Source: Octopus vulgaris (taxonomy: Eukaryota). From it: a stretch of DNA of 64,000 nucleotides. Shown here piece by piece: positions 39,795-51,881 of this stretch. Each line of letters opens with the position of its first letter. Within the stretch, counting starts at the first letter, position 1. Where the stretch lies: assembly GCA_951406725.2 (NCBI GenBank), contig OX597816.1, forward strand, positions 172,112,001 through 172,176,000, read 5' to 3'. The position numbers and the translations under genes were made by a program. The notes under the pieces are model-generated. The model had not been told where the DNA came from. It ran no database searches and worked only from the letters and a program-made list of their open reading frames with translations.

Positions 39795-40195
39795 TACTCT
39801 TTACTCTCTTTTACTCTTTTACTTGTTTCAGTCATTTGACTGCGGCCATGCTGGAGCACCGCCTTTAGTCGAGCAAATCGACCCCGGGACTTATTCTTTG
39901 TAAGCCCAGTACTTATTCTATCGGGCTCTTTTGCCGAACCGCTAAGTAACGGGGACGTAAACACACCAGCATCGGTTGTCAAGCAATGCTAGAGGGACAA
40001 ACACACACACATACATACATATACATATATACGACAGGCTTCCTTCAATTTCCGTCTACCAAATCCACTCACAAGGCATTGGTCGGCCCGGGGCTATAGC
40101 AGAAGACACTTGCCCAAGATGCCACGCAGTGGGACTGAACCCGGAACCATGTGGTTGGTTAGCAAGCTACTTACCACACAGCCACTCCTGCGCCT
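39795..40195 (-). mobile_element. SINE family A
   Basis: Collinear match. Confidence 0.9.
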
Positions 40196-40441
40196 TGATT
40201 GCAATCTCACTTCCTTCCATTTCAAACCGAAGAAAAAAGTTACTTCAAGAACTGATTAATGTTATTGGGCCAATTCTGAGACCTGTTTGCTTAGTTGAGC
40301 TTGGAAGTCAATCATCATATGCCTTATGTATTGATTATAAAAGACACATCATCACTGAGCTGACATCTTGTTCCCATCATTATCATCATCATCTTAATTC
40401 CCCCACCCTTCCCTGGAAAATGTCACAAAAGGTATACTCAC

Positions 40442-40630
40442 AAAACTGGCATATGGACTTGTAGGAACAAATCGCAGCCCACTATTGATATTTTGATCAG
40501 GGGGCCGCACAAGATCTGATTTCAATAAGCTGTTTATTCGATCGACAATTGTTATGTCAACTTCAGATGTAAACTGACCCAACTCAAAGGACAGTTCTGT
40601 TTTGGGTATTGTGGATCGCTGTTGAGAAAA
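40442..40630 (-). CDS. ATG2: ATG2 coding exon: FSQQRSTIPKTELSFELGQFTSEVDITIVDRINSLL...PYASF
   Basis: E.DI.IVDR.NSLL motif; 189 nt, phase 0/0; gtgagt donor. Confidence 0.92.
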
Positions 40631-41008
40631 CTGGTTGAAATAAAAGAAACTAGAATTAAGGTGTTTACAAGGGAGAAACTATGTAACAAACTGTAAATAT
40701 AGTATTAGCAAATATTATAAGTTGAACAGGGCAATTCTGTTAAGTAACCAACATTAAGTAGACCTCCAGTTGATAACTTTATGTGGTTATTCAACCTTCT
40801 ACAAATAATAACTCAATCTCCCTTAAGAAAGGAAGGATACATTGGACAATATTGTTATTAGTCATAAAAATTATCAAGAATTTGTAGAAAAGATCAATTT
40901 TCCTAATAATAGTATTCAGGGAATATACCAATCCTAAGTAACTTAACAGGGAAAAAATTGGGGTCAAATCCAATAAAAAATATTCACTCGGCAGGAGACG
41001 AAACTCAC

Positions 41009-41125
41009 CTTTGTTCTGTTGACACTGACAGCAGACAGTTTTAGAGCTGGATTTTGATAGTGGAAACTATTATACATTGACTTGGAACTCATATTTGGAG
41101 GAGAGTGTTTAGCAAAGGTCAAAAG
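41009..41125 (-). CDS. ATG2: ATG2 coding exon (most 5' seen): LLTFAKHSPP...NPALKLSAVSVNRTK
   Basis: Poly-T tract plus cag acceptor, gtgagt donor; 117 nt, phase 0/0; LLTF start as in recalled ATG2B (YTE)LLTF. Confidence 0.85.
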
Positions 41126-43855
41126 CTGAAAAAAAAAAAAAACTGATTTGGTAACATTATTTCTTCACTTATCAAAACAAAAAGCAACTGGAATACGTCC
41201 AAACATAATTAGTTATACACAAAGTTACTTATCTATTATAGCATCTATACCAGTCGATAGTGAAAAATACTGACCACATTGTAATCTACGTTAATTATTT
41301 GACTAATTGATCAATATTCTTTTTGATTGTATAAAACATTGGCAGGAAGTGATGTACATCAAATATAACCCCATGAGCTGCATTTAACACGTGTTATACA
41401 TACATATTTCATTTTCTTGATGTGTTGTGTCTGTGTTTTCAAGTTTTTGAAAGTGTCTTCCTTACATGACCTGTATATTACAGTTTGATTATAATGTTCT
41501 GGTGATTATAACATTGTTCCCAGATAGATGTCACAAGCAAGTTGATGACATGGTTTCATACCCTATGATTATTACATGAAAGATAATAGTTTAACATTAT
41601 AACCTTTACGAGGCACATATACAGGGTCACAGGAGTTTCCAACATCATTAATAAAATAAATGCTCCTTTCTATGGAAGTAATCAATTAGTTAATAATCAA
41701 GGAAAGAAAGAGACACAGAGAGATAGAAAGCAAGTTTTAATGATATACGTTGAAAGAAAAATAAAGGAAAACTCTTTATATTCCTCCTGCACATACGTAT
41801 ATAACACAGCTAACTGCTGGATTATATGTGATGAGAAGTATCCATAAATGAACCATCAATAGGACTACTTTCAAGGAACAGGGAGGTGGGTAGGTTATTA
41901 GGTGTTGTGATCCTCATGACTTTCAGAAAAACACTGGCAGAATAATTTAAATAACTATGGTGCAGAGCTAAATGTGAAATATAAATAAGTTTTACCAAGA
42001 GTTTGTCACTAATGCAACACTGTTCGTTATATTTAAATTATCCTCATGTCAGTCATTTGATGAACAATTAACAGTAGGTATCACTATGAATTTTTGAAAA
42101 TATTTAAATGTAATTTCTACTGTATTTTTTCTTGGAGAGCATCTAAAAAGAAACATTTTGATAACACATTTGTGAAATTTAGATGCATATTTTAGGAAAT
42201 ATAACAAGTTGAATGGTCAAAATATAACAAGTTGAATGGTTGAAATTTTGCCTAATTTGCCTAAATGAATAATTAGCCATATTTGTGAGATCATCATACT
42301 ATAATAGGCGTTATGTCCATCTGTCTGTTTCCTCTGCACGGTCAAATGGCTGGACCAATGGTCACAATGTTTGTTTTGGATTATGAAGGTGATAATCAGG
42401 AAGGTTTTTAGTGAAAAAAATGCGAAAAAGTATTATTATTTAGTGGACACTGAATTTTATATTAGTAAATCACATTTGACTTTTTTTTTTTGTTAAAATT
42501 CCAGCGACAAGGATTAACTCTGGATTCCCCCACCATTAGATAGTTCATGAAGTTAGAGGGTTTAGATTTGCGATACTATCCCTTTATTTCCCATCATAGA
42601 TGGGCAGATTTGCTATCTTACTATAATCTTACTATGTCTGTCTATCTGTCCGTCTATATTTCTGTCAATCTGTCCATCTGTCTGTCTCTTGGTCTGTTCC
42701 CTCTTCACAGCCAGATAATTAAAAGGAATAATAGGATTCCAAAATTGGGTATTTAAAAGTTCAGTTGAATGACACCAGTACATACAAAACATACTCAGGT
42801 TTCACAGAAACAACTTCAAAATAAGACTCTATTCACGCAAGAATTCCTTCAGGTACCTGAAAAACAGGTCAGTAACAAGCCTGGCCAAACACATATGAGA
42901 GTTAAAAGAAGCTGGTTCTTCCCCCCCCATTTAAAATTTATTGGTCCCTATTACAGAACGCTACCCCATACAAGCATGGATTACACAGGAGCTCAATGAG
43001 ATGTCTGTTATATCTGAATGAGAAGTTTTCTATCCTTTTCCAGGATAAGCATGCTTAAGCTGTAAGAAAGAGCTAAATTTTTGCAGACAAGCTTCTAAGT
43101 ACTTTATGAGCTGTCAAATGATTTCATATAGACAGCCTTTTTGCTCTTTACCATATTCCCTATTTAAAAAAAAAAGCCATCAACTTTTTCACAAACTATT
43201 TCCCTCTTGATTGTTTTAAGTGATTCAGCTTTTCCACCACTCTATACAGCATTTCATCCTTGGTTTTTTTTCCAGTTGCCTTATATATGCATATTTTAAG
43301 CTCTTGTCCAGAAGGAATTTTTTAATATCATTATCATAATACCATTTGTGTATTCCTGAAGGTTTTGTGAATTCTGTTCAGTTTTTTCCATCATTATTTT
43401 ATTATTTTCATGTTTCATTTTATTTTGCATAGAACTTTAAATCTTTACAAAATTATATTTTTTATAAAATTAGTATATCAAACATGCAAACTTTTCAATA
43501 GCCACCAAAGTTACTGAGCAATTTTTAACTAAAATACTTGAAATTTTAATCATTTATAATTATTTTAGTCATCTCTAAATTATTTTCATTTATATATGAA
43601 TACCACTTGTTTTCTCTCTTTGTCATTTTCTTGTTTGCGTATGTTTAACATACTTGTCTATTTCTATGAGCATATATAGATATTCTCTGTGCATGTGTTT
43701 GTATACTTTATATGTGTTAACATGAATCTATTTATATTTATTTGCTTGTTGTTTTGCATGTGTCTATGTATTTAGGCAGCATGTGCAATTATATATGTAG
43801 GTTTGTGTATTTGTTTTCATACATGCATGCTATTTTATGTGTATTATTAAGTGTT

Positions 43856-44330
43856 AGGTTTTTCACATGAAATGTCATATTTGAAAGGTAACAATAAAAT
43901 GTTTTAGAAGTGTTAGAGAACTGATGTAGCAAAATTTCATAATTCAGACTTTGCAACTTTTGGACGATAGCTTGAGGAGTGTGAGGACGTGCATTGTCAT
44001 GAGCAAAATTAGGCCATCTCTATTTACTAGTCTGGGTTGCTTCTTTTTCAAATTCTCATGCATACAATCAATTCGCTGTTGCTGTTACTTGGCAATACGA
44101 TGTTGCTGTTACCATTTTTTCTTGTTGCAAAAATGAATAATGAATAACTCCCTTCGCCCACCAGCATACAGTGACCACTAACTTTTTAGAGTGCAATGGT
44201 GGGTTTGGGTAGTGTTTAGGTGACTCTCCTGCATCTAATCACTGTCCTGTTTTCCTGTTGTTGTTGTTATAAAGAGTATCCATTTCTCATCACAAGTAAT
44301 GATTTGATGCCAAAATGGTCTTTTTCCAGT
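43856..44330 (-). mobile_element. Degenerate mariner fragment (second family)
   Basis: QIITCDEKWI and HDNARPH motifs on the minus strand; ttaggt terminus. Confidence 0.7.
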
Positions 44331-44339
44331 TGAGAAAGC

Positions 44340-45510
44340 AATAAGGAGCACGCTTTCTTGCAACCCATAATACTTCAGTTCTTTGGTCCTCACACTGCTG
44401 AACATAGGCAAACTTCCTCTTTTCTGCTTCTCCCTTGGCTAGATATACATGTCTCTTAGCTTCCCTTCTGGGTATCTGATACAGTTCCCTGCTACTCCCA
44501 CTCTTCAAGGTCTGTTTCTCTGCTCTAATGGCCCTGTCTACAACAACATTCTACCACCACATTACCCTAGGTCTGGTTGGGACTTTGCACAACCCACAGA
44601 TTTGGTCTGTGGCACTCAGCAAGCTGTCCTACAGGAATTCCCAATTTTCCTCTTTGTCACAAGTTCGTAGAAGCTCCTCCTTCTCATCAAATGTCTCAAT
44701 TAGGATGACCCTAAATCTCTGACCATATGAAGGGTCTTTAAGCTTCCAAGTTCTTTTTTTCCAGACTGGTCTGCTTCTTGGCATCCTTCTGGCCTAGAGT
44801 CTAATGAAATTAATGATTAGTCTATGCTAGGGGATACATTCTTCACCAGGGAGTGTCTATGTATTTATGAGCAACCATGCATCTCGCTGCCTGGTGAGAA
44901 TGAAATTGATCTGGCTAGTGTAGCTCCCCTGATTGGTAGATTATCAGGTGGCTGGTTGGCTTCCCGAAGTTGGTGTTGCCAATCAATAGGTTATTTGCAG
45001 CACAGAACTCCAGTAGCCTTGTTCCATTTTTGTTTCAAGAACAAATTCCATGGCCCCCATGTACACCATGGAAAATACCAGGCTGCTGTCTGACATACCT
45101 ATTGAGGCCCCCAGCCACGAAGATGAGATCCTTGTCTTCGAGGTAGCCTGCAGAAGAACATCATAAAAATGGTCCATCTGTCCATTTGTAGGTCCACTTT
45201 TGGGGCATAGGTAGAGGTGATTGATACTATGCTATCCTACAAAACTAGCCTGAGCTTAAGCACTCTATTGCTCACTCTGATTACCTCTACCCATTTCTCT
45301 GCAAGAAGTATGCCCACATCATCTACCTCATTACTGTTACCTTCTCAGAAAATTTTATCTTGATGTGTCTTGCCTGTGAGGAACCTGGCTGAAGCTTTTC
45401 TCCACCTTACCTCTTGGATACAGCATACATCAATATGCCTCCATTCAAGCATATCAACATCTCACTAGACCTACCTTTCAATGTGCCTACATTGACACTA
45501 CCAACCCTGA
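44340..45510 (-). mobile_element. RTE LINE endonuclease-region fragment
   Basis: NVGTLKGRSSE, YAPK..L...QMDHFYD.L and W.LKDP motifs with many disruptions. Confidence 0.75.
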
Positions 45511-45715
45511 GAACTGGGAAAGGGGTGTGGGAGGGAACATGGGCAAGAAAGATGGTATTGGGCTCCTGGAAAGAAGGTTTCAGCAATCATTTGGTAACAG
45601 ACATGTCACATCAGTTGGTCTTGCTTTAACTGACCATCATTCAAACATGTTAAAATTGTTGTCCCTATTGGTGGTGAGTATCATTGTATATATAAGCATT
45701 ACTGTTGCAAAGATG

Positions 45716-45856
45716 CATTATCAACTATTGGCAATGTAAATTCTCAAACTGAACAAGAGATTGCCATGAAAACAACTGAGAAAAGTTCCATTTCAACTGC
45801 AAGTTCAACACCTAAACTAGAAATCTTCATAAAAACAACTAAGAAAAGTTCCATTG
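45716..45856 (+). pseudogene. Relic partial duplicate of the LRR gene Ser/Thr stalk
   Basis: Reads LSTIGNVNSQTEQEIAMKTTEKSSISTASSTPKLEIFIKTT versus LSTIGNISTQTKQETSMETTKESSISTTSSTPKLETATKTT at ~53586-53720. Confidence 0.8.
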
Positions 45857-46219
45857 AAAGATACCTGTTGTTTTTGTCCTGTTATTATTATTATTGTTTT
45901 GTTGTACTTATATTCGTGTGGCATCATCCGTTTTTCTGTCCTTGTTTCGCATACATTCGATCCTTTTTCCAAGAAATCTATGCTCATAGCTTAGTTTTTC
46001 CTTGGGGCTGGCCGGATCGGAGCGATCTCAAGATTAATCAGCCGAAATTGCGAGGATGATCCAGTTCTTGACTAATGATTAGAGGCTTCGAATGACCTGT
46101 CCGTTTTTTGTGTCGTCTATTTGAATGTTTTGCGTTCTTGTCCGATTTTGTATTTTTATATATTTTTTTTATACATATATTATTGCGGTGTAACGTACAC
46201 CTTGTTCTCTTATATATAT

Positions 46220-46383
46220 AGGCACAGGTATGGCTGTGTAGTAAGAAGCTTGCTTCCTAACCACATGGTTCCAGCTTCAGTTTCACTGCATGGCACCTTG
46301 GGCAAGTGTCTTCTACCATAGTCTTGGGCCACCCAAGGCCTTGTGAGTGGATTTGGTAGACGGAAACTGAAAGAAGCCCATCG

Positions 46384-46420
<37 letters not shown>

Positions 46421-46735
46421 TTGTGTGTGTATGTTTGTGCCTGTGTTTGTCCCCCCAACATTGCTTGACAACTGATATATATATATGTATGTATGTATGT
46501 ATGTAAGTATGTATATGTTTGTGTTTGTGTCCATGTTTGTCCCCCCACCATCAATTCACAACCAATGTTGGTATGTTTACATCCCTGTAACTTAGCGTTT
46601 CGGCAAAAGTGACCAATAGAATAAGTACTAGGCTTACAAAGAATAAGTCCTGGGGTCGATTTCTTCAACTAAAAGCAAGCGGGTGCTCCAGCAGGGCCAC
46701 AGTAAAAAAAAAATGACTGAAACCAGTTAAAAAGA
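46220..46735 (+). mobile_element. SINE family A with an internal duplication of the microsatellite segment
   Basis: tgtttgtcccccc segment occurs twice. Confidence 0.85.
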
Positions 46736-47198
46736 AAGAATACACACACAAACGTTTGAATATAAAAAAAAATAAGAGAGAAACGTTTTAGTAGAAAATT
46801 AGAAAATGTGGTAAACATTTTTTTGTTTCTCCTGTTGACATATAAAATATTTCTTAAGGACTCTACAAAACTATTTGTGTTTTAAGTATTGAGAAAAGAA
46901 AGAAAATAAAGAAAGAACAGAAAAAGAAATTGCTAATAGCTTTTCTGCTTCCTAACTACAACTGATTTGCTCCTGATGACTATTGGGCATTTACATGAGA
47001 ATAAAATTTACATTCATGGTAAATTAGTAGACTATTTGCCTAGTGGACAAGGCTAATCCTAAAAATGACTGTGTGCTACTTACTTCCTATCAATCACTAA
47101 ACCACAGGTAGTATTCATTCACCTAGTGTTTAGCTGAGCAGTCAGGGAGGAACAGAAGACACAAAAACAACTTAGTAGGTGTGAGTGTGTGTACTCTG

Positions 47199-47239
<41 letters not shown>

Positions 47240-48539
47240 ATATTTACACCTGCTGAAAAGAAAACTACAAACACTTCCGATGAATTATTACGATGGATGT
47301 TATGAAATATGATCAAACTACAGACAAATTGATATCTCAAATTTAAACAATATAATGAAATTTTAATAATGTAATGAGGTAAGATTTAAATGATTCTTTA
47401 TATGTATGTGAGTAATAGAGAGAGAGAGTAGAAGGATATTAGCAAGTGTTCCTATCTGGTTGTGTGTGTATACTAATAAGCAAATATCTGCCTTTTGAAA
47501 AGTGTATAGATATATGGCGGAATCCTGGTTTAAGTACTCCACATAACCACTCATAACTTTTGTAACTTTTGGGGATTTTCAGAAAAGTTTTGTGAATTTG
47601 TGTTCTAAACAGGAATTTATGGGAAAACAATCCTTTTTAATTTTTTAACATGACTACCCCATAAATCCTAAAAGCTCCATGGTTTTCTTAATTTTATTTT
47701 TTAAATAGGTGCACCATCATTCCATTAAATGTGTTTGCTGGGGAAAAAAATATTGAAAAACATCAATACATGTCAGAATGACAAAGAAATGAGGAAGGTA
47801 TCAGGTGATCATGAGATGTACTAAAAATAGCAGCTAAATCGCCCTTAAATCACACACAGAAAAAGTGTTTTTCTTTTTTACAAGAACATATGAATTCCTG
47901 TATGTAGAACACAAATTTGCAAAAATTTTCTGAAAATTCCCCAAAAAATAAAAAGTTATGAAGGGTTATAGGAATGCTTGCACCAGAATTCTGCCACACA
48001 TACAACTTTCTTGAATATTTCTAAATATATATATATGGAAGATACAAAATTTTTTATTAATCACTACAATTGTTTTGACCCACCTAGCATTGATTCCTCA
48101 CAGGTGAGGTACTTAACAACAGGTTCAGGAGCATTTGAAGGTGCAGATGTGTCTCTTTGGGTGATAAATAAACATAACTCATTATATATATATGATTTAT
48201 CTATGTGTGTGTATTTGTATGAAAAACACAGCTTGGCAAGAGAGACAAGATGAATAAAATGACAGAATAACTTTATTTTATCTAAGTACTGGAGTCAATA
48301 AACATACCCACACACATACACACAGAGGGTATTTGGGCTAAATTTGATATTTTGCATAAAAGGAAGAGAAAACACAATATCCCATCTAAAAATAAAAGTA
48401 TTTTTAAAATCAAATATATCAGCAAGATTATATCTGAGAGATAACAGTTTACTTAAAGTAGCTGCCTCAACTTCCACACACATACTCAAGCCAGCCCCAG
48501 AACCCAACACATATTCTTCAATGTGTTCCTGGGAAGATC

Positions 48540-49130
48540 TATAAACACCTTCTTAATCTTGGTCATCAGCTTGGCCTTGGTGTTGCAGGTAGACTATACC
48601 CCCCACACATAGTCATCCATGGGATTACAATCAAGGGAATTAGAAGGCCAGAAATTCCCCAACAACTACTTCTGACTCTTTCCGGAAGTATAGCAAGGAG
48701 CCGAATCCTACATCCAGCCTTCCAGCAGCAACCCTCGCCAGCTAGGGATTGATCACAGTCTCCAGTAGCTTAACATAGCTGTCTGATTTAAGCCTGAGGC
48801 CCTGTTCAAAGATGTGGGGTGGCATGATGTTATCCTCACTAGAGACACACCTGAAGATGTGGGATATTACATGGATTGTAAGCAGGCCACCTGTTCTTCT
48901 GAATGTTGTGCAACAGATCCTGGCAGAAATTTTTTTTATTTGAGAAGATCCAGATCATCCCTGGGTCAACAGGATATGCCAGCTTATTCAGGAGCTTCTT
49001 GGCCACTGTCAAGCAATTCTCCTTAGCTTTAATTGTCACAATTTGTCCCTTGCACCTCTTGTACCAGTGGTAGCAAAGATCCTCATTCGGGGTCAGTTTG
49101 ATGGTGGCGACTCTAACACATCTCTCTCTT
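48540..49130 (-). mobile_element. Same maT-like transposase family, degenerate fragment
   Basis: KKLLNKL..P.DPGMIWIFS.KKNF and FWPSNSLDCNPMD motifs. Confidence 0.7.
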
Positions 49131-49662
49131 GTTTCACACAATTATAATATTTATATAAAATTTTGAAGTACTGAAATATGCAGATGTGCTTCACAAGGAC
49201 ATAGCTTGGATTATAACCCTATCTACATATATATATATATATATATATATAAACAACTTATAAATAAGGACAAACGAAAAAATTTCTAATGCCAAATATA
49301 CCGAAAATTGGACATATTGTCCATAACCATATAATTTTTCACAATACGCATGCTACTCGAAAAAAAGCCGACAGAAATTTCTAAAAAATTTCTAAAAATA
49401 TATATATATTTCGTTTTGGATTTGGTTTACAAGATTCTTTATGTGAGTTTGTGTGTTGAAGCATACACTGTTGTGTCTGGGGAGAGTCATTTTCTTTTTG
49501 TGCCTTATAATTTAACACACTCACTGGTAAAATTTCCACTTATTTCTTATTTTTATTTTCCTAAACTTTTCGTTGCGTCTTGCAAGACTATCTGCCTTTT
49601 TCCATTGTGGGAAATGAAAAGAACTAAGACTCTACTATCCTGTTCATGGAATTCCAATGATA

Positions 49663-49882
49663 TGTATTTCTTTATTACCCACAGAAGGGACAAACAAGGA
49701 CAGACATAGATATTAAGTCGATTACATCGACCCCAGTGCATTACTGGTACTTAATTTATCGACCCCGAAAGGATGAAAGGCAAAGTCGACCTCGGCGGAA
49801 TTTGAACTCACAACGTAACGCAGACGAAATACCGAAAAGCATTTCACCCGGCATGCTAACGTTTCTGCCAACTCGCTGCCTT
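49663..49882 (-). mobile_element. SINE family B
   Basis: Collinear match; TSD-like attccaatgatat. Confidence 0.85.
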
Positions 49883-50329
49883 ACAATGAATTCCAATGAT
49901 ATCATGTAGCTTCAGCATGTTTCAGCCTCTGCATCAGTGGTGCTGGACATCCACTTTCAACCAAACCTTGGTAATAATACATGAATGTCAGACATGCTCA
50001 TCATGGGACTCCCCATACATCATTACAACTCTACACTATTTTTCCACCATGGATGACAAAGAAAATTAGAGCTGCCCACATCTTATGTAGAGGCCTATTG
50101 AAGTGAAGTTTCATGGGATATCCTCTTACCTTTCAGCATACAATGCCAATAACTGCAGGAGTCTTGGGAGCAGTTTGTGTTAATAGACCTATGCCTTGTG
50201 TTTTCCTTGGAGCCCTGGTCTTTCAATCCTCCTCAGTCACTCCTCTGCTTACTGTCAGGGAGTGAATTGTCAAAGCCCTTCCAAGGCATTTGATCAGATT
50301 TTGCTTTGTTGATGGAATAGCTTCTCCTT

Positions 50330-50520
50330 GCACTAAATGTAGCCACATGTGAATCATTCACAATTTTTTTCCTCTGTCTTCCTTTCTATTGGACTTTCCT
50401 CTTTTTCTGAAGAAGAGCGTTTGCTCAAAATGTTAAACCATCTTTCTTTCCTTCCCTGAGCGTCTGCTAATACTTTACATGTACCACGTCCTCACGTTGT
50501 TGATTTTTTGTCTTCGTTCT
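50330..50520 (+). mobile_element. Penelope-like terminal fragment with a decayed hammerhead (50407-50435)
   Basis: CTGAAGA-A-GAGC(gttt)GCTC-aAAAt; GAAAC core mutated. Confidence 0.5.
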
Positions 50521-50534
50521 TCTTTTTTTGGATT

Positions 50535-50578
<44 letters not shown>

Positions 50579-50986
50579 GTTTTATAGATACCATTTTGTA
50601 ACAATAAGCTAATACTAATTTGTTTAATTTGAGACTGTTGTTTGTAGTTATAAGCAGGAATTAGCATAATGGACATATGCTTATGTTTCACTCCTGCTCA
50701 TTTCAATTGATTCCCAAGCAGACACTGAATTGTACTGCCCAAGTGCTGGAACCATAGAGATATCCATTTTGTAGCAGATGGTGGTGGAAATGTTTATTTG
50801 ATAGGCTTGCTTGTGAATTTTCTATGTCCTGGGATTTTGTAATTCTCAGTTGTCCTTCATTTTCATAAAGTTGAAAGTGTTTATGGATTCATGGTTTATG
50901 ATGATACTTACATTGATATTGGTTGATTTACTTCATAGACAATCTTATTAGGCTTGGATTTCATCTATATAATGATTTCTAGTTTT

Positions 50987-51029
<43 letters not shown>

Positions 51030-51148
51030 GTGTGTGTGTGTGTGTATGACAATCTTCAAATGTGGACATATTATTAGAATGCTGTATACAGCAGTATTTG
51101 TCTGAAGAAATTCTCTAATAAAGACATACATTCCTAAGAACACAGTCA

Positions 51149-51713
51149 AATATCACTAGCAGAGGAGAATCAGCTGGCATCAGCATTGGAACTGCCACAT
51201 CACAGGATTTCAGTGTACATGCACTTCTTCAGTGGCAGACATCCACTAATCACATGCCAGCCAAGTTTCACTGTTAATGGTATATTTATAAAATAACAAT
51301 GATTTTTCAGTCACTGATGTCACAAGTATGCAACAGGCTCCTTCAAAGATAGATATAAGTGACAAAAGTAGTATTAACATCAAATGACAATTTTATATCC
51401 TACTTAATGTAGATATATTATTAGAATGCTATATACTGCAGCACTTGCCTTGAGAGATTCTCTCATATAGATGAACAGTGCTAAGAGCACAGGCATATAC
51501 TGCTTATGTCGCTGATATTTGTTTTTAAAGTGACTGCTTGTTATTTATGACATCAGTGAAAGAACAGTCACTCTCATTCTATATATTGTTGGCAATGAGA
51601 CTTGGATGCCATGCAGTGAACAGATACCTGCCACAGAAGAAGCAAACATGAAATTATGAGATCTGGTGATTCAGGCACCCATGTCAAATGATTCTCATCT
51701 GCTAGTGGATATT
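51149..51713. repeat. Diverged long inverted repeat (arms 51149-51373 and 51498-51713)
   Basis: Collinear reverse-complement blocks, e.g. cactagcagaggagaatca/tgattctcatctgctagtg, cttcttcagtggcag/ctgccacagaagaag, tcactgatgtca/tgacatcagtga. Confidence 0.8.
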
Positions 51714-51855
51714 GATATTGTAAATTCATCATTATGTGCAAAATTTTTTATATACTTCGTATTGAGGTTTTATAATAAGTCACATTTGTATTTGTCAGCT
51801 AGCCCTATTGTTAACACATACAACATGAAATATATACTACTTGCATCCTTGAAAA

Positions 51856-51874
51856 CATTTTATCTCTCATACAG
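51856..51874 (+). promoter_or_regulatory. Probable splice acceptor just upstream of the LRR ORF (implies an upstream non-coding exon)
   Basis: cattttatctctcatacag|gtgacacATG: pyrimidine tract plus CAG 7 nt before the ATG. Confidence 0.6.
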
Positions 51875-51881
51875 GTGACAC

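Noticed and set aside
47123-47133. Possible minus-strand microexon (pyrimidine tract, cag|CTAAACACTAG|gtgaat)
   Set aside because: 11 nt is not frame-preserving and shows no ATG2 similarity; unsupported without RNA data
48058-48167. Hammerhead-like layout on the minus strand (ATCAC/GTGAT stem I, ACAATTGT stem III)
   Set aside because: Both core boxes are mutated (CCAAAGA, AAAAC); at most a dead Penelope-type relic
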